Shown: one piece after another, positions 60,675-64,000 of the stretch
Layout of the letters: each line of letters opens with the position of its first letter
Position numbering within the stretch: the first letter of the stretch is position 1
Assembly: GCA_021324815.1 (NCBI GenBank)
Contig: JAJPIJ010000042.1
Span: 9,505 to 73,504, forward strand
DNA length: 64,000 nt
Direction: 5' to 3'
Origin: Gammaproteobacteria bacterium
GTDB lineage: Bacteria > Pseudomonadota > Gammaproteobacteria > JAJPIJ01
Translations under genes and position numbers: made by a program
The notes under the pieces: model-generated
The model's input: only the letters and a program-made list of their open reading frames with translations
Database searches by the model: none
Told to the model about the DNA's origin: nothing

Positions 60675-62815
60675 TCGGCGTGCGTGGCCAAGCCGTTCCG
60701 CGGCACGCCGGAGCCCGCCTGCTGGGGTGTCGGGACGATCAAATCGCTCAGCACGTGCGCGGCCTCGTTCAGGACGATGTCCACCGGCTTGGCCGCGTCC
60801 TTGCGCGGCGGATTGTCCGCGCCGTCGTCATCGGTCTTGTCCTCGTCGGGGGGCGGCGGGGGCTGGCCGGTGGCCGCGCGGAACGCCGCCTCGCGCTGCT
60901 TGAGCTCCTGCTGCGTTCGTTCCTGCTCCTGCCGGCGCACGGATTCCACCAGCGAGAGGCGCGTCCTGGCGCGCGCCTCGCGCACGGCCTTGTCCTGCTC
61001 GAGCAGCAGCTGGAAGGCGCGATCCTCCTGCAGGCGCTGTTCGTGCCTGCTGCGCTCGGAGGCATAGGCGCCGACCGGCGCCTGGGCGGCGACGAAATTG
61101 GCCGGATCGATGTGCGCCCACGGCAGCGCGTTGGGCAGCGAACGTTCGCCATCCTCCACGGTTTCCAGCTCGGGGGGGAAGGGCACGTCCGGCAGTACGC
61201 CGCGGTGCTGGGTGCTGTCGCCGTTGATGCGGAAGAACTGCGCGATGGTGGCCTTGAGCTGGCCGAGGTGGCCCGCGTTCTTGCGATCATACTGGTCCAG
61301 ATCGACGAGGTTCTGCACGGTGCCCTTGCCGAAGGTGGGCTCGCCGATGATGACGCCGCGGCGGTAGTCCTGGATGGCGGCGGCGAAGATTTCCGAGGCC
61401 GAGGCGCTGTTGCCGTCGACCAGCACCGCCAGCGGACCGCCGTAGGCGATGCCCGGGTCGTCGGCGCGCTCCACGTGCAGCGAGCCGTCGGCGCTCTTCA
61501 CCTGCACCACCGGGCCGCTGCCGATGAACAGGCCCGTCAGTTCGGTGGCCTCCGACAGCGAGCCGCCGCCGTTGCCGCGCAGGTCGATGAGCAGGCCGTC
61601 GATGCCTGCCGCGGTCAGTTCGTTGATGAGCTTGCGCACGTCGCGCGTGGTGCTGCGGTAATTCTTGTCGCCGCGCGCCCGCGCCTCGAAATCCTGGTAG
61701 AAAGTCGGCAGGTTGATGACGCCGATTTTGATCTTTCTGCCGCCGTCCGCCACCTCGATGACGGATTTCTTGGCGGCCTCGTCCTCCAGCTCGATCTTGT
61801 TGCGGACCAGGGTGATGGTGCGCGTGGGGCCGCCGGGACCGGCGCCCTTGGGCAGGACCTGCAGGCGCACGGTGGAGCCCTTCTTGCCGCGGATGAGATC
61901 GACCACGTCATCGAGCCGCCAGCCGACGACGTCCACGATCGGCTCGGTGGCGCCCTGGCCCACGCCGGTGATGCGATCATCCTCGTGCAGCAGGCCGCTC
62001 TTGTCCGCGGGACCGCCCTTCAGGATCTGCCGCACCTGGGTGTACTCGTTGTCGGATTGCAGCACCGCCCCGATGCCCTCCAGCGACAGGCTCATGCGGA
62101 TGCGGAAATTCTCCGACGTGCGCGGCGAGAAATACGCCGTGTGCGGCTCGATGGCGGTGAGATAGGCGTTGATGAACAGCTCGAACACGTCCTCCGAGTT
62201 CAATTGATCCATGCGCCGCTGCATGTCCTCGTACCGGCGCGTGAGGATTTTCTTGATGTCGTCCATGGACGTCTTTCCGGACAGGCGCAGGCTCAGGACG
62301 TCGTTCTTCACCCGCTTGCGCCAGTACTCGTCCAGTTCGGCGCGCCCGGCCCAGGGCGATTTGCTGCGGTCGAAGACGTAGTCCTCGTTGACGGTGAAAT
62401 CCATGGGCCGGTTCAGCAATTCCAGTTCGGCGCGGGTGCGCTCGTCGAGGCGGTCACGAAAGCGGATGAAGATGGCAAAGGCGGTGTCCAGCCTGGCCTC
62501 GCGCAACTGGTCATCCAGCTGATCGCGGGCCGGGGAAAACTCCTTGATGTCACTGTCGAGAAAATAGCTGTGGTTGGGATCGAGGCTGTCCAGGTAGCGG
62601 TCGAATATCTGCCGCGACAGCGCGTCGTCCAGCGGCACCTTCTTGTAATGATAGTTGGCGATGAAATCGGTGATGAGCTCGGTGGCCCGGGTCTGGCTCT
62701 CGGTCGGCACGAGGTCGGCCTTGTTGACCACGGGCACAAGGGCGCACACGCCCGCCGCCGCGGCGAGCAGCAATCCCAGGAGCGGCAGACGCAAATGGCG
62801 TGCGGAGAACGACAT
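60671..62815 (-). CDS. prc: Tail-specific C-terminal processing protease (S41)
   Basis: HYKKVPLDD, EPHTAYFSP, LEGIGA PDZ, DLRGNGGG, SASASEIFA, FGKGTVQ. Confidence 0.93.
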   Translation of the reverse strand: MSFSARHLRLPLLGLLLAAAAGVCALVPVVNKADLVPTESQTRATELITDFIANYHYKKVPLDDALSRQIFDRYLDSLDPNHSYFLDSDIKEFSPARDQLDDQLREARLDTAFAIFIRFRDRLDERTRAELELLNRPMDFTVNEDYVFDRSKSPWAGRAELDEYWRKRVKNDVLSLRLSGKTSMDDIKKILTRRYEDMQRRMDQLNSEDVFELFINAYLTAIEPHTAYFSPRTSENFRIRMSLSLEGIGAVLQSDNEYTQVRQILKGGPADKSGLLHEDDRITGVGQGATEPIVDVVGWRLDDVVDLIRGKKGSTVRLQVLPKGAGPGGPTRTITLVRNKIELEDEAAKKSVIEVADGGRKIKIGVINLPTFYQDFEARARGDKNYRSTTRDVRKLINELTAAGIDGLLIDLRGNGGGSLSEATELTGLFIGSGPVVQVKSADGSLHVERADDPGIAYGGPLAVLVDGNSASASEIFAAAIQDYRRGVIIGEPTFGKGTVQNLVDLDQYDRKNAGHLGQLKATIAQFFRINGDSTQHRGVLPDVPFPPELETVEDGERSLPNALPWAHIDPANFVAAQAPVGAYASERSRHEQRLQEDRAFQLLLEQDKAVREARARTRLSLVESVRRQEQERTQQELKQREAAFRAATGQPPPPPDEDKTDDDGADNPPRKDAAKPVDIVLNEAAHVLSDLIVPTPQQAGSGVPRNGLATHAD

Positions 62816-62923
62816 GGCGGCGTTTATTGAATCATCCTCGAAGGGGCAATTTTAACCGAAAACATGAGCGGCTGCTGCATTTGATCCGGGTGCCCGCCGC
62901 CGCGGAGTGATACACTTTCACGC

Positions 62924-64000
62924 ATGTCATCTCTCCACGTTGACCGGCGCGCCCGCCACAGGTTCCTGGCGGCGGCCATCGCCGCCGCCGTGGCGCTGCT
63001 GCCGGCGGCTTGCGGCCGCAAGCAGGTTCCGGCGCCCGCGGTTCCGGCGGCCCGGACAGCCCCGGCCTGCGATCCGGACAACGGCGGATTGAAACTCCCG
63101 CCGGGTTTTTGCGCCCTCATCGTCGCCGATCATTTCGCCAATCTTCACGACATCGTGGTGACGGCGCGGGGGGATATTTACGGTTCCATGCTCAACCGGC
63201 GGCTGGGCTTCGGACGTCTGGTGGCCTTGCGGGACAGCGACGGCGACGGACGCGCCGATCAGATCCAGGAATTCGGCGATCGCGGCGGCGTGGGCCTGGC
63301 GCTTTGGAACAATCATCTGTATCTCGGCGCCGACGACGCCGTGTGGCGTTATCCATTGCAGGAATGGCTACCGTCGGCGCCGGCGGAACTCGTGGTGGGC
63401 GATCTGCCGGCCAGTGACGTGCTGGCCTCCAAGACGCTGGCCTTCGACGACGACGGTGGCTTGTACGTCAGCGTCGGCGCGCCGTCGAACGCCTGCCAGC
63501 AGGTCGATCGCGGCCCCGGTTCGCCGGGACTGGATCCCTGCCCGCAACTCGATCGGCACGCCGGCATCTGGCGTTTCACCGCCGATCGGCCCGGCCAGAC
63601 ATTCGACGCGGATGGGAGCAAGTACGCCGGCGGCATACGCCATGCGCTGGCCATGGCCTGGCACCGGCAGACGCGGGCGCTGTACGTGGTCCAGCATGGC
63701 CGCGATGAGCTCAGCGAATTGTGGCCGGATCGCTTCACCTCGGAACAGGGCGAGCTGCTGCCGGCCGAGGAAATGTTGAAGATCACGCCGGGCGCGCAGT
63801 TCAGCTGGCCGTATTGTTACTATGACGGCTTCCAGCGGCGCCGGGTGCTGGCGCCGGAATACGGCGGCGACGGGCTGCGCACCGATCGCTGCACGGACTA
63901 TCCGGCGCCGGTGGTGGCCTTTCCGGCGCATTACGGCCCCAACGGCATGCTGTTTTATCAGGGCGGACAGTTCCCCGCGCGCTATCGCGGCGGCGCCTTC
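62924..64000 (+). CDS. PQQ-dependent sugar/sorbosone dehydrogenase family lipoprotein, 3'-truncated; not in the ORF track
   Basis: Hand translation MSSLHVDRR..LLPAAC lipobox-like, GLKLPPGFCA, LRDSDGDGRAD, LYVSVGAPSNACQ, QHGRD, WPYCYYD, FPAHYGPNG; open to the window end. Confidence 0.85.
   Translation, partial: MSSLHVDRRARHRFLAAAIAAAVALLPAACGRKQVPAPAVPAARTAPACDPDNGGLKLPPGFCALIVADHFANLHDIVVTARGDIYGSMLNRRLGFGRLVALRDSDGDGRADQIQEFGDRGGVGLALWNNHLYLGADDAVWRYPLQEWLPSAPAELVVGDLPASDVLASKTLAFDDDGGLYVSVGAPSNACQQVDRGPGSPGLDPCPQLDRHAGIWRFTADRPGQTFDADGSKYAGGIRHALAMAWHRQTRALYVVQHGRDELSELWPDRFTSEQGELLPAEEMLKITPGAQFSWPYCYYDGFQRRRVLAPEYGGDGLRTDRCTDYPAPVVAFPAHYGPNGMLFYQGGQFPARYRGGAF

Overview
GC-rich chromosomal window, most likely from a gammaproteobacterium (inferred from gene content such as avtA, prc, ptrA, DUF1631 and sigma54/NtrC-type signals). 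In order: end of a peptide ABC transporter, modE-modABC with a clear ModE box, gor, a divergent IDH-like/ICL-PEPM pair, DUF255, dapB followed by an MNIO (DUF692)+DUF2063 pair with no adjacent precursor, mscL, a 30S protein Thx gene missing from the ORF track, and a nitrate-assimilation island (porin, nasT-nasS, nrtAB, fused nrtCD, nirBD, nasA) with readable sigma54, NtrC and ANTAR elements. Further on: a peptidoglycan-binding protein with 4+4 23-aa repeats, chrA, a Y-family DNA polymerase interrupted by one in-frame TGA, MxaD/MxaE-like genes, an ECF sigma module, pap/DUF2167/site-2 protease/trmO, lhr, a PilZ-DUF1631-degenerate GGDEF/EAL protein followed by a Ser/Thr kinase-cNMP protein with an FHA gene nearby, ptrA, avtA, an aldo/keto reductase, a diguanylate cyclase, prc and a partial sugar dehydrogenase. 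No CRISPR array, rRNA, tRNA, transposase or prophage was seen. At least four families of small palindromic or MITE-like elements are present: two are inserted in-frame inside NirB and NasA, one is nested inside another, and two supply stop codons. All family assignments come from motif recognition by eye, not database searches.
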